Shown here one piece after another: positions 48,079 through 61,790 of a stretch of 64,000 nt of DNA. A model generated the notes under the pieces. It saw only the letters and a list, made by a program, of their open reading frames with translations. It was not told where the DNA came from and did not search any database. Each line of letters begins with the position of its first letter. The stretch's first letter is position 1. The translations under genes and the position numbers were made by a program. Location of the stretch: contig NW_004457713.1 in NCBI RefSeq assembly GCF_000203815.1, positions 137,358-201,357 of the forward strand. The letters are read 5' to 3'. The DNA is from Dictyostelium fasciculatum. Lineage: Eukaryota.

Positions 48079-51000
48079 TTATTTTGGTTTATTATTAGTG
48101 AAAATTGATTGTACAGATGGTCTTTGTGCCGTTGACGGTGTGGTGGTGGTACCCCTACTAAAAGTTGATTGGCTTTGAGTGGATCTTAAAACTGGTCGGG
48201 GTGAACTACTACTACTACCACTTAGATTATTATTATTGCCGTCTGACAACTTTGATAGATTGGTATTTCTACCTACGCTTCTTGGTTGTTGAGGTGGTGT
48301 TGTTTGTTGTTGTTTAAATATTTCTTCGACTTGACTAATCTTATCTTTTACTGATGATACCGATGATGGAATGGCTATTGACCCTGAAGAGGATGTTGAT
48401 AACCCACCTCTTGGTGACAAAGGTTGTTGAGATTGTTGTTTCAAAAATGGATTCGATTTAATTGATGCGGAACTTGTAGTTGGTGGTGGTACATTATTGG
48501 CTGGATTGTTGTTAGTATTATTGGTTGCAGGTGGTTTTGTATTTGGTTTTGGTTTAAGTATAATTCTAAAGTTGGTTTTTGGTACATTATTATTATTATT
48601 ACTATTATTATTGATTTGAGTATCTGGTGATGATCCAATGGTAGGATGTAGGCGTGGTGAAAAAGATGGTTGTGTAGGTGTTGGACCTTTAGGTGAAGGG
48701 AGTTCATTGTTCTTGGATGATGATAAAAGTGTAGTATTACTATTACTACGTTCACCTGATGCTCTTAGTGTTGGTCTTGTATTGCGTTCACCAGATGAAC
48801 TTAATGATTTGGTTGGTGATCCTGTAGTACCAGTTGATGATGATGGTGGTGGAACTGTAGATTTTTGATTGATTAAATGAGTGTGTGCATTAATCATTGA
48901 TTTTACACTAGAGGAAGGTGACCCAGTCGTAGTACTACTACCAATTGGAGTAGGAGCAGGTGAAGAATTGGTTGGTGTTGAAGGAGGTGAAATGGTTGAT
49001 GGTTTTTGTGGTGATTGTTGTTGTTGTTCCTTTGACACAAATTGACGTTGTAATTCCATAAAACTTTCTTCCAAGTAGTTATTGTTTGTTGGTTTTAATG
49101 ATGTTGTTGTAGTAGTAGATGATTTTGGTGTAATATTAATCCTTTTAGGTTGTTGTTGTTGAATTGGAATAACAATTGGGGTGACATTGACTTTAGTCTT
49201 GAACGAAGTGTTGGTGTTGGTGTTGGTGTTGGGTTGTGTATTAACCAAACTATTATTGGTATAATGAATAGTGATTGGTTTTGGATTCACAACGGTATTG
49301 ACTGTTGCCACTGTCGTTGTAGTTGCTGGATTCTTTAATACCAACGGTGATTGGGATTGTGGATTATTTGTATTAAAAACAATGGCAGCTTGTTTTGGTC
49401 TTATAAACTCTTCTTGTTTAATAATATGAATACCACCATCATTATTATTGCTAACACTATTATTCGAAACATTACCAATATTATTGTTGTTACTACTGTT
49501 GTTGTTACTATTAAAATTAAATATTTCAATAACTTGAGGTAAAGGTTGAATAACTGTAGATTCAATTGCATTCTTTTGTTCAACTGTTGCCTTTTCAGGT
49601 GAGAGGTTTGATAGTTCCTCTTCGATTTTACTCATTTCACCTTCCAACTCCAATTCAACAGTCCATTCTTTGAGTTCTTGAAGTGACTTTGCATCGATCG
49701 AACCACCTGGAAGTGGTGGATGAGAGTCTGACTTTAGGATAAAAGAGAGACGCTTTCTTTGTGGAGATGCAGTAGGTGACTTGTGAGCAGAGTTTACACT
49801 ACTACCACGTCTTCGATTGATGGTTGAAAGTGTTTTAGAGAGTGGTGATCCAGAGGACAATAAAAGTGAAGAGGATGCTGGTGAAATGTTTGGTGATCCA
49901 TCATTTGATTTGTTTCGTTTAAGTGAATCACTACTACCACTACCACTCTTTTTGTTGGAATAGAGGAGATCGTCATCATCATCACCAAAGCTACGACCAA
50001 GTGCTTTGATTGGTGATAATGCATTGATAAATGGTGTTGGACTACCCGATGCATTATCATCGGATCTAGCTATATCTTGGAAGTCTCCAGTAGTAGTAGT
50101 ATCTCTTTGTCTCTTTGATAGTGTTGGTGAGGAAGAGTTTGAAATTACTACAACTGGAGGAGGAGGAGGTGGTGGAAGATGCATGGTTGATGATGCATCT
50201 TCACTACCACTACTTGCAATACTTGAACACGATGAAGATGCAGTAATCATACCTTCCTTTCTCGCCAATGGTGATGTGAATCTTGGAACGTATGGTGGTG
50301 GTGTAGTAACAGTCGTAATAGGGTTACCTGGTGGTACATCCTTTGATTTCTCCAAATCTTCTACCATTCTATCGATTGATGGGTGTCTACCATTGCCACC
50401 ACCATTAATAGCAGATGCCAATAATCCAACTTGTTGTTGATGTTTATCTTTTTCAGGGATCATGGGCTGAATAATAAAAGAAGAGGATGGTGAACCACCA
50501 GAAGAAGAAGATGAACTTTTAGAACTAGTACGTAGTCTTGATAGTTGGGAATTGTTGAGTGAGAGGAGTCCGAGTGGGCCACGTTTCTTTATCTTTTCAA
50601 CTTCATTGTCCAACTCTAATTCCCATCGTTCGGGAGGTGCCATGTGATGAGATAGAGTGTGTGGACTACCGTATGGTGACGGTACGGTAGACTGTCCCAT
50701 TGCAGGACTATTACCCATGAATAGGGATGATCCTCCGACCGACTCTTCGTCACTCGAGTCATAGTTGAATTGTTCGTGTCTGCTACGATCGACTGTCGAA
50801 TGCATCAACAATGAACTGAGCAATCTATGATCTGCCGATGCTCCAATAAGTGATTGTGGATGTCTTTGTGGAGACTCTAATAAATTCATACTTGATCCAC
50901 CACCGTTAGCGTTGTTATTTGCGTTTGCGTGAAGTGAAGAATCTTGACTTTCCAATTCACTCCAACCATCAAAGTAACTACAAAACTCTCTAGTGTCTGA

Positions 51001-53538
51001 ATTGTTGATATGGTCCGATGCAAAGTTTGAATTGTATAATTCAATGTCTGCACTGGTCAATACGACTACACGGGTAGTTTTGGCATGTCCAACGGTTGAT
51101 TCTTGAACAAGAGATGAAGCAATACGTTCTGCACACTCTCGCTTTCTTCTTGAACATTGTGATCCAACCCATACAAATACCTTGTAGAATGCGTCCACTA
51201 CAAAAGCATCTTCTTCACATAGATCACCTTGACCGTATGGAACCATCTTTACAATGACATAGTTTTTAAGTTTAGAGTGATAGTAGATATGATAGAATCT
51301 AACTGGTTGTCTTGATGTCCAAGGTTGACTAAAATGACTGTTATTTGAATACAATCCTTGAACAGTTTGTTGTAACTGCATAAGATTCAATGCAGATCCA
51401 GATGATGAATTTGCAATAGAAGATGAAATTGAATGACTTGATTTAATACCAGTACCAGCAGAAATTGTACCAGTAAGATTACTAATATTACCAAGATTAC
51501 TATGACTTTGAAATGATTCAATTAGATTATTATCACCTTTGGTAACACCAAATCCAAATTGTTTCCAAAATGATGCAACCTCTTGTCCTTCTTCACATGT
51601 TACAATTAAATTGTATTGAATGGATTGAGAGATGACTCCGATCGTTTGTAGGTACTTGTAGAGACTATTGGTAATGGATGGCGATGAATCGGTTCGTAGT
51701 CTTGGATGACACCCACGTCCATACCACACAAATGTTGTTTTAATCGATGGACTGTACAATATGAATACATCTCTACTGTTGAGATAGGATATTGCACATT
51801 TATCAAATTGTGTAATTCTAATATTTCCTTGACAATTACTAATTGTCAATTGATACAATAAATTAAGTGAAGCCTGTGAAGTTGGAGTAGGAGGAGGAGG
51901 AATAGATGAAGAGGATGAAGATGGTGATTTTGGTATACCACCAGACATTGACAATGTAAGTAATGAAGTAGTTGAAGTACTATTACTTTCTTTGATTTTT
52001 GGTGATTTTGGTGATTTCATAAAAGATGATGATGATGAATCTTCAGATGTTAATGACATTGATGAAAATGATTGTTGAAATTGTCTTTCCACATTATTAC
52101 CAACATTATTGTTGTTATTATTATTAATATTGTTCTTTCGATGAATAAAAATAATATTATTAAAAAGATTTAAAAATGATTGTGATTCTTTTGATTGAGT
52201 GAGACATTCTGTGGGAGGAGGACTAGCTTCAAGTGTTCGAGTATGTTCATGGAGTTCTTTGTAGAGGCCAAATTGGAATACAATCCACCATTTAATACTA
52301 GCACTTGACCCTTGCCAAAAATAAGCTCTTGATCCAAACCTATTGCTAGTTGGATTCTTGAATACATGGTGTACTACATATGCACGGTCACTGTGGAAAT
52401 GTCCGTATTTATCTTTTGTCACTTTTACCCAACTTTCATCTTTACTCTCCCAAATATCTATTCCAACTGTTTGCTGTTGAGTAAGAGTATTTGTGTCATT
52501 TTCATTTGTTTTTAGACTATGAATATGATCAGGAATAGAGAATAAATCGGTGACTAGGAAATGAGAGTCTAGAGCCAATGGATAAAAAGAAGTTGATAGA
52601 GTCTTGATGGTAGTGTCACCACCACTAACAATGACCAGTCCATTATTGGTTGTTTCGTTTTGTTGCAAGTGTTGGTGTTGTTGAAGATAGTTTCGAGGGA
52701 GTGTAGTGTTTCTCTTGGTGTTATCAATCACTGACTCTTCTTCCAACCAGTACAAAAACCTCTCTTTGAATTGCCAAGGTTCCTCGTCTTGATGCACCGT
52801 GTGCACGGTTGCCCATCGCGGACGTTGTGAAAAGATATTGATAAACTCGTTGGCAAAGATGGTGGCAGCACGTTGTTGGAGTGGATCTGAATGTTTACCA
52901 TTCCAAACAAAGATATCGGTCTCACAATCGAGAATAAAGCAAGTCTGGTTATTGAGACTAGTTGGCAAGAGTGGTTTGTCTTCAAGTGCGTTGATTTTAC
53001 CGTTTCCACTGACTCTGTACAACCAAGTGGTTGCAGACTCTTCTTCTTGCAATATCTTGTCATCTTGACATCCGTCACGTTCCAAATGACCAATTGCCTG
53101 CACACGCTCCATAATCACACCTCCGTTGAGATGCATCAAAAAGTAAGACATGTTTTCTTGGTATGCCTGTGATCTATCACCCTCTACAATAATCTCGATG
53201 GTCACTGGTTCAACCAACACTTGTTTCTCGTATTTAATCTTGTTTGCAATAGCACAACCACGTACTTGTTTCTGTAAAGATGATATACTACCCATCCAAA
53301 CATATATCTTTGATCCACAATCCAATACAAATACATCATTTCTACAAAGTGATTGTAATGATAATTCAACCTAAACATAAAAATAAAATAAAAAGTTAAG
53401 TCAAATTGATATAAGTATTGATTATTGTTTTGTAGTTACCCTTTTAGTTTTAAATATTTCAGTTCCAGAAATTTGCCATAAACTATTTGAGATTAAAAGT
53501 GAAGATGATACAATTGGTATTGAAGTTGGTGAAGTTAG

Positions 53539-53573
<35 letters not shown>

Positions 53574-55186
53574 TGTTGTTGTTAAAATTTTGATGATTGG
53601 CCATTGCAAGAGAGATTGGTGAACTATCATTTCTTGAACGTGGTAAAAATACACTCTTTCGTCTTTCTTCTCTTGCTAATCTCATTCTTTCGCGTTTGTC
53701 TCTTGTTACTCTTCTACTTCTTTCTTCTTTGTCGTTTTTAAGAGATTCTTCACGTAATAGTCGTTTACGCATCTCGAATCTTTTCTTTTCCTTTTTCTCG
53801 GTGGTTACTTCTTGCATCAACTCTATCCATTCATCTGGTACACCTTCAAATTGTCCAGTTACATGATTCCAAGATATATGTATTTCTCGTTTAAAATAAG
53901 TTGGTGATCCAATTACTAATCCTCCTATTATATTCTTATCTCTTTTATATTGTTGTTGTGATTGTACATCATCTTCATCTCCTGATGAACAATATTCTAT
54001 ATTATTATTATTACTACTATTTACATTGTTGTTGTTATTGTTGGTAGACATTAAAGATAATGTTGATTTTGAATTACTATTTGCAATCGTATCACCACCT
54101 CCACTTTTAACTCTTGTAGGTGATGATGACCCACCATTACCATTATTTTTTGTTGGTTTTTGTAATTGTTGTTGTTGTTCAATTAGATTTGGAGTACTAT
54201 TACGTGAATATTGTTTTGATAATGGAATATGATGTTGATTACCATTTGAGAATTCTCCAACTGGACTACTCTTTAATCTTTGTTTTTCCTTTTTCTTTGG
54301 TCTTGTTCCATTATTATTACCGTTACTGTTATTATTAGTTGGTGATAATATAATATCATCTTCTAAAGATTTAAATGGCATTTCACTTGATGGCGTAGTC
54401 AGTAGTGATGGTGATGATGTCATTGTCAATGATGGTGATGATTTGATTGAATTCTTTAGAATTGCAAATTGTCTCAATTGAGGTTCCTTTTGATTATGAT
54501 GATTATTATTATCCAATTGATTTAAATTTCTAATTGCATTACTATTACGACGTTTCTTGATTAACTTGTTTGCTGATCTCTTTAATGTACTTGTCCAAGT
54601 ATCAGGTAATCCCTAAATCAACCAATCATCATTGTAATTAGTAAACTATGTTAATAGTACTCATGATTAGTTATCATTGTTTGTACAAACATACCGATAA
54701 TTCTTGATTAGATTCATCGAATCCAATATGAGTAATATGTGTAATATTGAATGGGTGACTAATAACCACTTTATCTCTTTCATTTTGATTGTTATTATTA
54801 TTATTATTATTATTGTTGTTGTTATTACCTTTATCACGACTAAAGAAACTCTTCCATTTATTAGTCGATGATGATGATGGTGATGATACAGATACGGAAG
54901 AGGAAGTTGGTGTAGTTGGAGTACTATGATGTGGAGATGAAGGTGGTGAATGTAAATTTGGTGATAGATTAGTAGGACTGTTTCCATTTGACGCTGAAGT
55001 ACTAGACGGTGATGGTGCAGTTAATAGTGATGTAGATATTGATAACAATGATGATTGTGATCCTAAAAGTATTGGTGTTGTATTATTATTATTTACATTA
55101 TTATTATTATTTTGATTATTATTATTATGATTGCCTAAATGTGGTGATGAAGCAGATTTGCTTGATTTATCTTTCTTTTTATCCAT
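48079..55186 (-). CDS. Very large actin-regulatory protein: two CRIB (Cdc42/Rac-binding) motifs, five or six gelsolin-type repeats and a low-complexity C-terminal region of about 850 aa. Exons 55186..54695, 54612..53440, 53370..48079 (about 2300 aa)
   Basis: Exon 1 (from MDKKKDK) contains ISHPFNITHITHIGFD (CRIB consensus ISxPxxFxHxxHVGxD) and ends at a GTATGT donor, phase 0. Exon 2 (..QKEPQLRQFAILK..) contains a second CRIB IGSPTYFKREIHISWNHVTGQFEGVP and ends ..FKTKR|GTAACT. Exon 3 begins VELSLQSLCRNDVFVLDCGSKIYVWMGSISS (a gelsolin segment) followed by FILDCETDIFVWNGKHS, RAYFWQGSSAS, DVFILYSPSIKTTFVWYGRGC and AFVVDAFYKVFVWVGSQCS. The remaining 850 aa are Ser/Thr/Pro/Asn/Gln-rich. Introns are 82 and 69 nt. 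Confidence 0.7.
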
Positions 55187-55916
55187 CTTTTTTGTAATAT
55201 TATTTTTTGTTGTTTGTTTATCTGTATTTTGGTATAGTTGTATTAAATAAAATATATTAAAAGAGTAATGAGAAGGGAAAGGAAAGGAAAGGAAAAGGGA
55301 GTTAGTGTTGAGCTCCAATCAGCTGATTATAATCACAACATCACAATAATCGTTCGAGTTCATTCGTTCATTCATTTAATGATTTAACATACCTTTAAAG
55401 GAAAGAAACTCTTGTCTGCTGATGATGATGATGATGGTTGATGGATGTCTGTCTATTCAAAACACAAAGACAGACAGATATTAAAACAGTAGTTATAATA
55501 ATTTATGCAAATTTGCAGCCTCTGTGATTGAATTTTAAGCTAACGATGTCAAAGAAAGCAGGAAGGGGGAAAAAGGGGTGGACTCAATCAAACTTCCAAG
55601 GAGAAGGGGCGTTGATTGTTGTTTCTAGTATTATTATTATATTATGTTGTTGTTATTGAGATTTAATCATTCATATAATGTTGTTAAAAATCTATCTATC
55701 TCTCTCTATAATTATTTCTCTGATAATTGATTGATTAATGTAGGATTGATTGAATTGAAGCAGTTACGAGTTGGTTGCTGTGAGCGAGCAGGGCTGCTTG
55801 ATCGATTGATTGATTGATCAAAAAAAAAGGGGATAAAGGAAAGAAGGGAGAGGGAGATGAATTGGTGATTGACAACTTGAGTGAAATTCAACCAGTCAAC
55901 GATAACTACTAAAACT

Positions 55917-55950
55917 GTGTGTGTGTGTGTGTCTGTCTCTCTGTGTGTCT
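55917..55950. repeat. (TG)n/(TC)n dinucleotide tract
   Basis: tgtgtgtgtgtgtgtctgtctctctgtgtgtctgtg read directly in the intergenic island. Confidence 0.7.
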
Positions 55951-57035
55951 GTGTTGTTATTGTTGTGGTGGTATGTAATAATAAAAATAAATAAAATCAG
56001 CAAACAATGCTACAGTACAAGGCTGAGTGAGGAGGAGAGGATCTAGATTCAACTTTCATCGCAATGTCATAGAAAATAAAATAAAATTTGGGTACGTGCA
56101 CCTGATCGTCGAATCAACCGCGTTCTTTTTTTAGTCGACGCGAAAATTATACAACGGCTAATTAATAATGTTGGGTGAGCCAGGCTAACCTGAACTTTCA
56201 AACGACGGTCTCTCCATATGCTGCCTATGGAAGCATAATTAGAATATCTTTATTCCCTCCTCTGTCAGCTGCATTTATAACTATCAAACCCTACGTATAA
56301 AATAGATAAGTTCCTTATTATTTGATTGTTTAAATGTGATAAATCAAATACCAGACTTTTTGATTCAATCAAGCTTTGTTGAGTGACCTTCCACACACAA
56401 ATTCAATGATTTACTTTCGTTCATCAAAAAATCCAAAGAGTGCGCTGCCGTTTTTGAAAAGATCGGGATGATGCAGCTTGCATCGTGCATTGGTCTCATC
56501 AAACAAACAAAAGAGAACAGTTTCTTTTTTAGCAAAGGTGTCATTGTGTCAACTACTACACAACTCGGTGCCTAGTAGGGAAAGATCGCAGAGTAGAAAA
56601 GGATCACAATACAAGAAGCTAGCTCTTTTAAACAACTTGAAAGTTTAAAGTATATAAGTAGGAGTAGGTATAGTGTAGAATACCAGAGAAGAAGGGAGAG
56701 AGAGAGAGAAAGTGTAATAGTACAACAGATAATTAGATCCACAACCAATCAATCACCACTATACTATACTCACACACCCAACCCCTTTCATCAAAATCAA
56801 ATCATCGATCGACAACAGCACAAATACAGTAAATTATAAATACATACTAAGAGTAAGAGTAGACGACTATTCTCTCTATTCTAAGTATAATAATATATAA
56901 GTAGTAATAATAATAATAACCGACCATACTACAACTTTACTGTGTGTGTGTAGTATTAGAATTATTTGTTGGTTGTTATTTATTAGCATACACCGACCTA
57001 CCTACCTTTGGAGTATAACTTAATATTTTAAAAGA

Positions 57036-57068
<33 letters not shown>

Positions 57069-57114
57069 AGACTTGTAGACTCAAGAGTTGTTGTGTAAAA
57101 TAAAAATAAAAAGA

Positions 57115-59972
57115 ATGAGTAATAATAATAATAATAATAATATTAATGCGACGACATCAACGACGACGACGACGTCTACGTCAACATCTTCAACTCCACC
57201 ATCACCACCTTTACAATCAACATCATCACAAATACCATTAACTCCCTCAAGTAGTAATAATAATGGTAAACAAAGTGTCAGAAAGAAGATTCATACTTCA
57301 CATCGGTTAGAGATGAAGAAAGCGTTGCCAAATCGAAATGATCATGAAAAGGCAACTCTACTAGCTGCCACCAATATAGAGAGAGGGTCTAGAATGGTGA
57401 AAGATCTCTTTACACACTTTGTATTCTTTATCATCTTTTTGGTGATCGTTGTACTCCAACGAAACTCTCCCTACGTCTACACGATCAACATGGCTCTCAA
57501 AAATTCATTCATGTTTGATGAAATACCTACACTACCATACCCCAAACCTTATATGGGTATTAATAATGCCGATGATTTTAAAGCTGTATGTAATCATCAT
57601 ATAAATACATTAGATTATTATATTATGTTATATTAACTTATGTTTGATTTGGTTTAGTATTTGACAGAACAATTTGGACCGGTGGTGACAGAGATGGGAA
57701 TGGATAATCCACATGCGATGAACAAGGTAATTGGGAGTGTTGTTAGATTGAGACAATTGAGAGTGACCGATCATTCATGTCCGACCTTTGGATACGACCT
57801 ACCTTGTTATGCAGTTACCTATGGTACACATACTAGAGAGACTGAGCCTATCATAGGCACCAACGGAACCAACTATTATTTTACAAAAGATTCACATGGA
57901 TCACTTGTCTTTGGATACAACCAATACATGTATGACACTAGTGGATACTATGTCGATATTCCCATCTCCAACCTAACCGATGGTATTCAACAACTATACG
58001 ACAATGATTTCTTTAGTGAAAATACAAGAGCCGTCATCATCTCTTTTGTAACACTTAATTTAAATTATGAAGCTAGAGCCACTGTTGTTTATTTGGTATG
58101 ATAAACATATGATGAATATATATATCATGAATAAGTTATTAATATTTCTATTTTTACATCTATGTTTAGTTGGCCGAATGGACAGCAGCAGGATCAGTTG
58201 ACCCATATTATACAATGAGAACATATCGAATTGAAATGTATAATAATGCAGAGGATAGATTCCGTGCATTTCTCGAAATTACATTCCTCTTGTTCTTAAC
58301 CTACTACCTTTACTTTTTCATCAATGAAGCTAGAATCGATTATCAACTTGGTAGATTCCGTTATTTTATTACTTCATTTTGGAATATTTTAGAAGTTATT
58401 AATCTTGTTGTAAGAGAGAAATTAACACAAAAAAATAATAATAATAATTATTTATTTAAACTTTTTCTTTTTTAGTTATTTATAGTTTCAGTTATATTAT
58501 ATTTAATATTTTTGGGAGATAATGATAGAAGAACAGTAACTATATCAGGTGAAGAATACCCAAATGATTTAGAGATACTTGGTCAAACTGCACTTGTATT
58601 TTATCAATTATCTGCCATCAATATCTTATTGTTGGCATTTAAAACATTTAGATTTTTAATGTTACATAGAAGATTATATGCTCTATGGATTACATTGGCA
58701 CATGCCAAAGTACAACTTATCACATTTACAACCATGTTTATTATTATGATGATTGGGTTCCTCATGTCTGGTTGGTTGACATTTGGTCATGAAATGGATG
58801 ACTATAATGGTTTCTTTAATAGTTTGGGTACTTCTTTACAATATATTATTGGCAATCCTCCAAGTTATGCTGATATGCAATATACAAATAGAGCTTTAGG
58901 TCCAATTGTAAATAGGAAATTTAAAAAAACAAAAAAAGAAACTATTATTAATAATATTAATATTAACTATCTACTCTCTTTTTATTTTAACATAGTATAA
59001 TATATTATTCACAATATTTATGTTTTTCATTTTGATAAATATGTTTATTGCTATTATTTCAAATAGTTATCAAGAGATTGCATCATCACTTGACAAGAAA
59101 CAAAAGAACAAACACAAGACCATGTTGTCGAAATGGCAAAGATATGGTCTATCGATTAAATTCCTTTTTAGAAAGAATATCTATTCAGTCTATGATATCG
59201 TTAAATTATTAATGGAAAAGATTCCTGGTCTTTTTCAAGAAGTTAATTTATCAAGTCAAAGAGTTTATGAGTAAGAAACAAAAATATATAGATATAATAT
59301 ATAGAGTATATTCTAATTCAAACTTTAATGATTCTATTTCTATCTTAGTGAAATTCAAGATTTAAGATTAGGAGTTAGATATGATGAAGCTCAATATTAT
59401 ACTGATCTATCAATGAAAGTTTATCATGAAAGAAAGAAATATCTTCAAGAAATTTTACAAGCCAAACAAAATGCAAAGGTTACTAGTGGGGGTGTAAGTA
59501 AAAAGAAAATGAAATGGAAATATAAAATAGTAATAGTATATTTGACTAACTTTGTTGTTGTTATCAATTTTGTCAGGAATTTGAATTAAAATTAATTGGT
59601 AGAAGTAAAATATTTAAATCATATCAAATGAGTGAATGGTTGGAAGAACAGGAAAAGAATCAAGTTAAAATGGAAAAGGAGGAGAGAAGACGTCAAAAGG
59701 AATTAAAAAATTTGGAATTACGTCAAAAGTTGGATAGGCTGTTGACATTGTTGGGTGATTCATCAGTTGTTAGTCAAAGTATTAGTTTACATAATAGTGT
59801 AGTTCAACAACAACAACAACAACAACAACAAAATAGTAATAATAATAATAATCTAAATAATAGTATTATAAATAGTATAGCTACTACTTCAACTGCCAAT
59901 TTAATTGCAACTACATTGATGGGTGATAGTTCTGATACTGATAGTAATCCAAGTGATAGTGATAGTCAATAA
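57115..59972 (+). CDS. pkd2: Polycystin-2 (PKD2/TRPP) cation channel homologue. Exons 57115..57585, 57658..58095, 58170..58409, 58476..58907, 58996..59270, 59349..59493, 59577..59972
   Basis: Seven exons joined in frame through GTATGT/GTATGA/GTAAGA/GTAAAT/GTAAGT donors and 66–88-nt introns. S1 (FVFFIIFLVIVVLQ) is followed by a large extracellular loop with conserved Cys (the polycystin TOP domain). The pore and S6 region ..NRALGPI|YNILFTIFMFFILINMFIAIISNSYQEIASSLDKK aligns with human PKD2 [39 protein letters not shown]. C-terminal coiled coil and poly-Q. About 798 aa in total. Confidence 0.8.
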
Positions 59973-60212
59973 CAATATAAAATGGAATAATAACATTCAT
60001 CATCTTTGTAATACCAAACCTTTGGAAATAAATAAATAATCATTGTATTATTGATTAATATAGGGGAGGGATAGGGGTTAGGGTAAGGGTTAATAAAATT
60101 GATTGATTGTTTTATGGATTAATTAAATTAAAAAATAATCCATTTATGGAATTATTTATGTATGTGTATATCTATCTATTATCTATTATCTATTATTCTC
60201 TATTGTTCTCTT

Positions 60213-61013
60213 TTATAGGTCAGTATTTAAACTATCTCTTGCATTTGATGAACAACAATATTTTGAATAGAAAGCAAGTACATTCTTTTGACGATAGAGT
60301 GTTTTACGAACACGTGGACGATGATCTTGAAGGTATTTTTGTGCGTGGTCGAGTGACATGTTCTTGCTGTAGGCAATCCAACATATCAAGACAGCAGCAC
60401 TCCTTCCACGACCTGCTTTGCAATGTACCAAGACGTTTTGGTTGTTTTGTACGGCTTGTTCGATAAACTGGATGGCCGATGCAATCTCTCCCACCGATGG
60501 CTCGTAATGATCGACAACGTCAAATCGGATCGATCGAATACCCAACTTTTCATAGACTGATAGCGGGCCATAGTATTCATCGCACATATTGACGACAGCT
60601 TCGATACGGTTTTGTTTGAGCAATGGTACGTCCCATGGCATCGGTGCCGATCCAATCCAGACGTGATCGTCGACACGGTCAATCAAGTGACCTCGCAAAC
60701 CGACATATTGTAACGTCACAATGATAGGCAGTGTCGCAAAGTGCACCAGTCTACCAAAATACCGAGCAAACCAAACAGGTAGCTTGCCCTTGTAAAACAT
60801 GTAGAATGTGAATCCAAACTTGATCAAAGAGAATGTATAAAATAGTGTATTACTCGTATATGCAAATGGGTTTAGATATGACAATAGACTTGAAGTTGTT
60901 GTTGCTGTTGTACCGACCACTGATGCTGTAGCAGCAGTACCACTACCACCACTTGCAGCTGCAGTCGCTGCACTAGCTACTGTCGTTAAACCTGAAGTTG
61001 AACTTGTTTGCAT
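60213..61013 (-). CDS. PTPMT1-like dual-specificity (PTEN-type) phosphatase, single exon
   Basis: Active-site P-loop VLVHCKAGRGRSAAVLICWIAYS (Cx5R) with the flanking ..DHRPRV.. block typical of PTPMT1 (VHCKAGRSRSATMVAAYLI...IRPGQ). An Ala/Thr/Gly-rich N-terminus precedes a hydrophobic segment that could act as a mitochondrial signal-anchor. Confidence 0.75.
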   Translation of the reverse strand: MQTSSTSGLTTVASAATAAASGGSGTAATASVVGTTATTTSSLLSYLNPFAYTSNTLFYTFSLIKFGFTFYMFYKGKLPVWFARYFGRLVHFATLPIIVTLQYVGLRGHLIDRVDDHVWIGSAPMPWDVPLLKQNRIEAVVNMCDEYYGPLSVYEKLGIRSIRFDVVDHYEPSVGEIASAIQFIEQAVQNNQNVLVHCKAGRGRSAAVLICWIAYSKNMSLDHAQKYLQDHRPRVRKTLYRQKNVLAFYSKYCCSSNARDSLNTDL

Positions 61014-61747
61014 ATCTCTCTCTTTCTCTCTCTCTCCTAATCCTAACTATCTCTCTCGCTCTTCTTAAATATATAAAATACAAAATTAATTTTTTAAAAC
61101 TTTAATTTAAAATATTTTCAAAACAAACAAACACAAAAAAAAAAGTATGAAGCCATATTCATTTTATTTATTTGTACAATAATTAATTATCTGTAACTTT
61201 TTATTTGTACGATTGTCTGGGTAGCTTTATTTCAACATCTATCTCTATCTTTAATATTGTTATTCTAATATATATATCGAGAATCATCCCTTTCTTTTGC
61301 TTCAAGAAACATCTCTTCGACGTTCACCATCGATATTAATCTTCTGCCACCTTTTCAATCTAAAGATCATAGATGGTTTTTTTTTAGGTCTTTCTTCAGC
61401 AACTTGTGTTAATTGTCTATTGGTATAAAGATTAGAGATCTCAAAGCCAAGTAAACAGATTTGATACAATACATTGTTTTAATTAATATTTATATAATCT
61501 TGATAAACTGTCAAAACACATTCCACAAAAAGCGAATAATAATAATAAAACAACAAACAACAATCCCCCAACACAGATTTTGTAGTTTTGTCAGAGAAAG
61601 TGTTGTTGGTTGTTTGTTGTGTGAATAATCGATGCACAGCAACAACAAATAATAAATAATAATCGTCAAGAAGAAGAATAAATTGAATTCATATTTTTTT
61701 TTGTTCTTGTTGTTGCTGTTATTGATTATAGATAAAAATTAATTAAA

Positions 61748-61790
61748 GAAGAAGAAGCAAGGAAGGAAGGAAGGAAGGAAGGAAGGAAAC
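61748..61790. repeat. (GAA)n then a (GGAA)n tetranucleotide microsatellite of about 8 units
   Basis: gaagaagaagcaaggaaggaaggaaggaaggaaggaaggaaac read directly. Confidence 0.8.

Noticed and set aside
48441-53374. Numerous 60–140-aa ORFs on both strands within 48079..53325
   Set aside because: All are nested in or antisense to the single 1748-codon exon of the CRIB-gelsolin gene.
60107-60682. ORFs 60107..60466 (plus) and 60386..60682 (minus)
   Set aside because: They overlap the PTPMT1-like gene, which has the intact Cx5R active site. Neither has family signatures.
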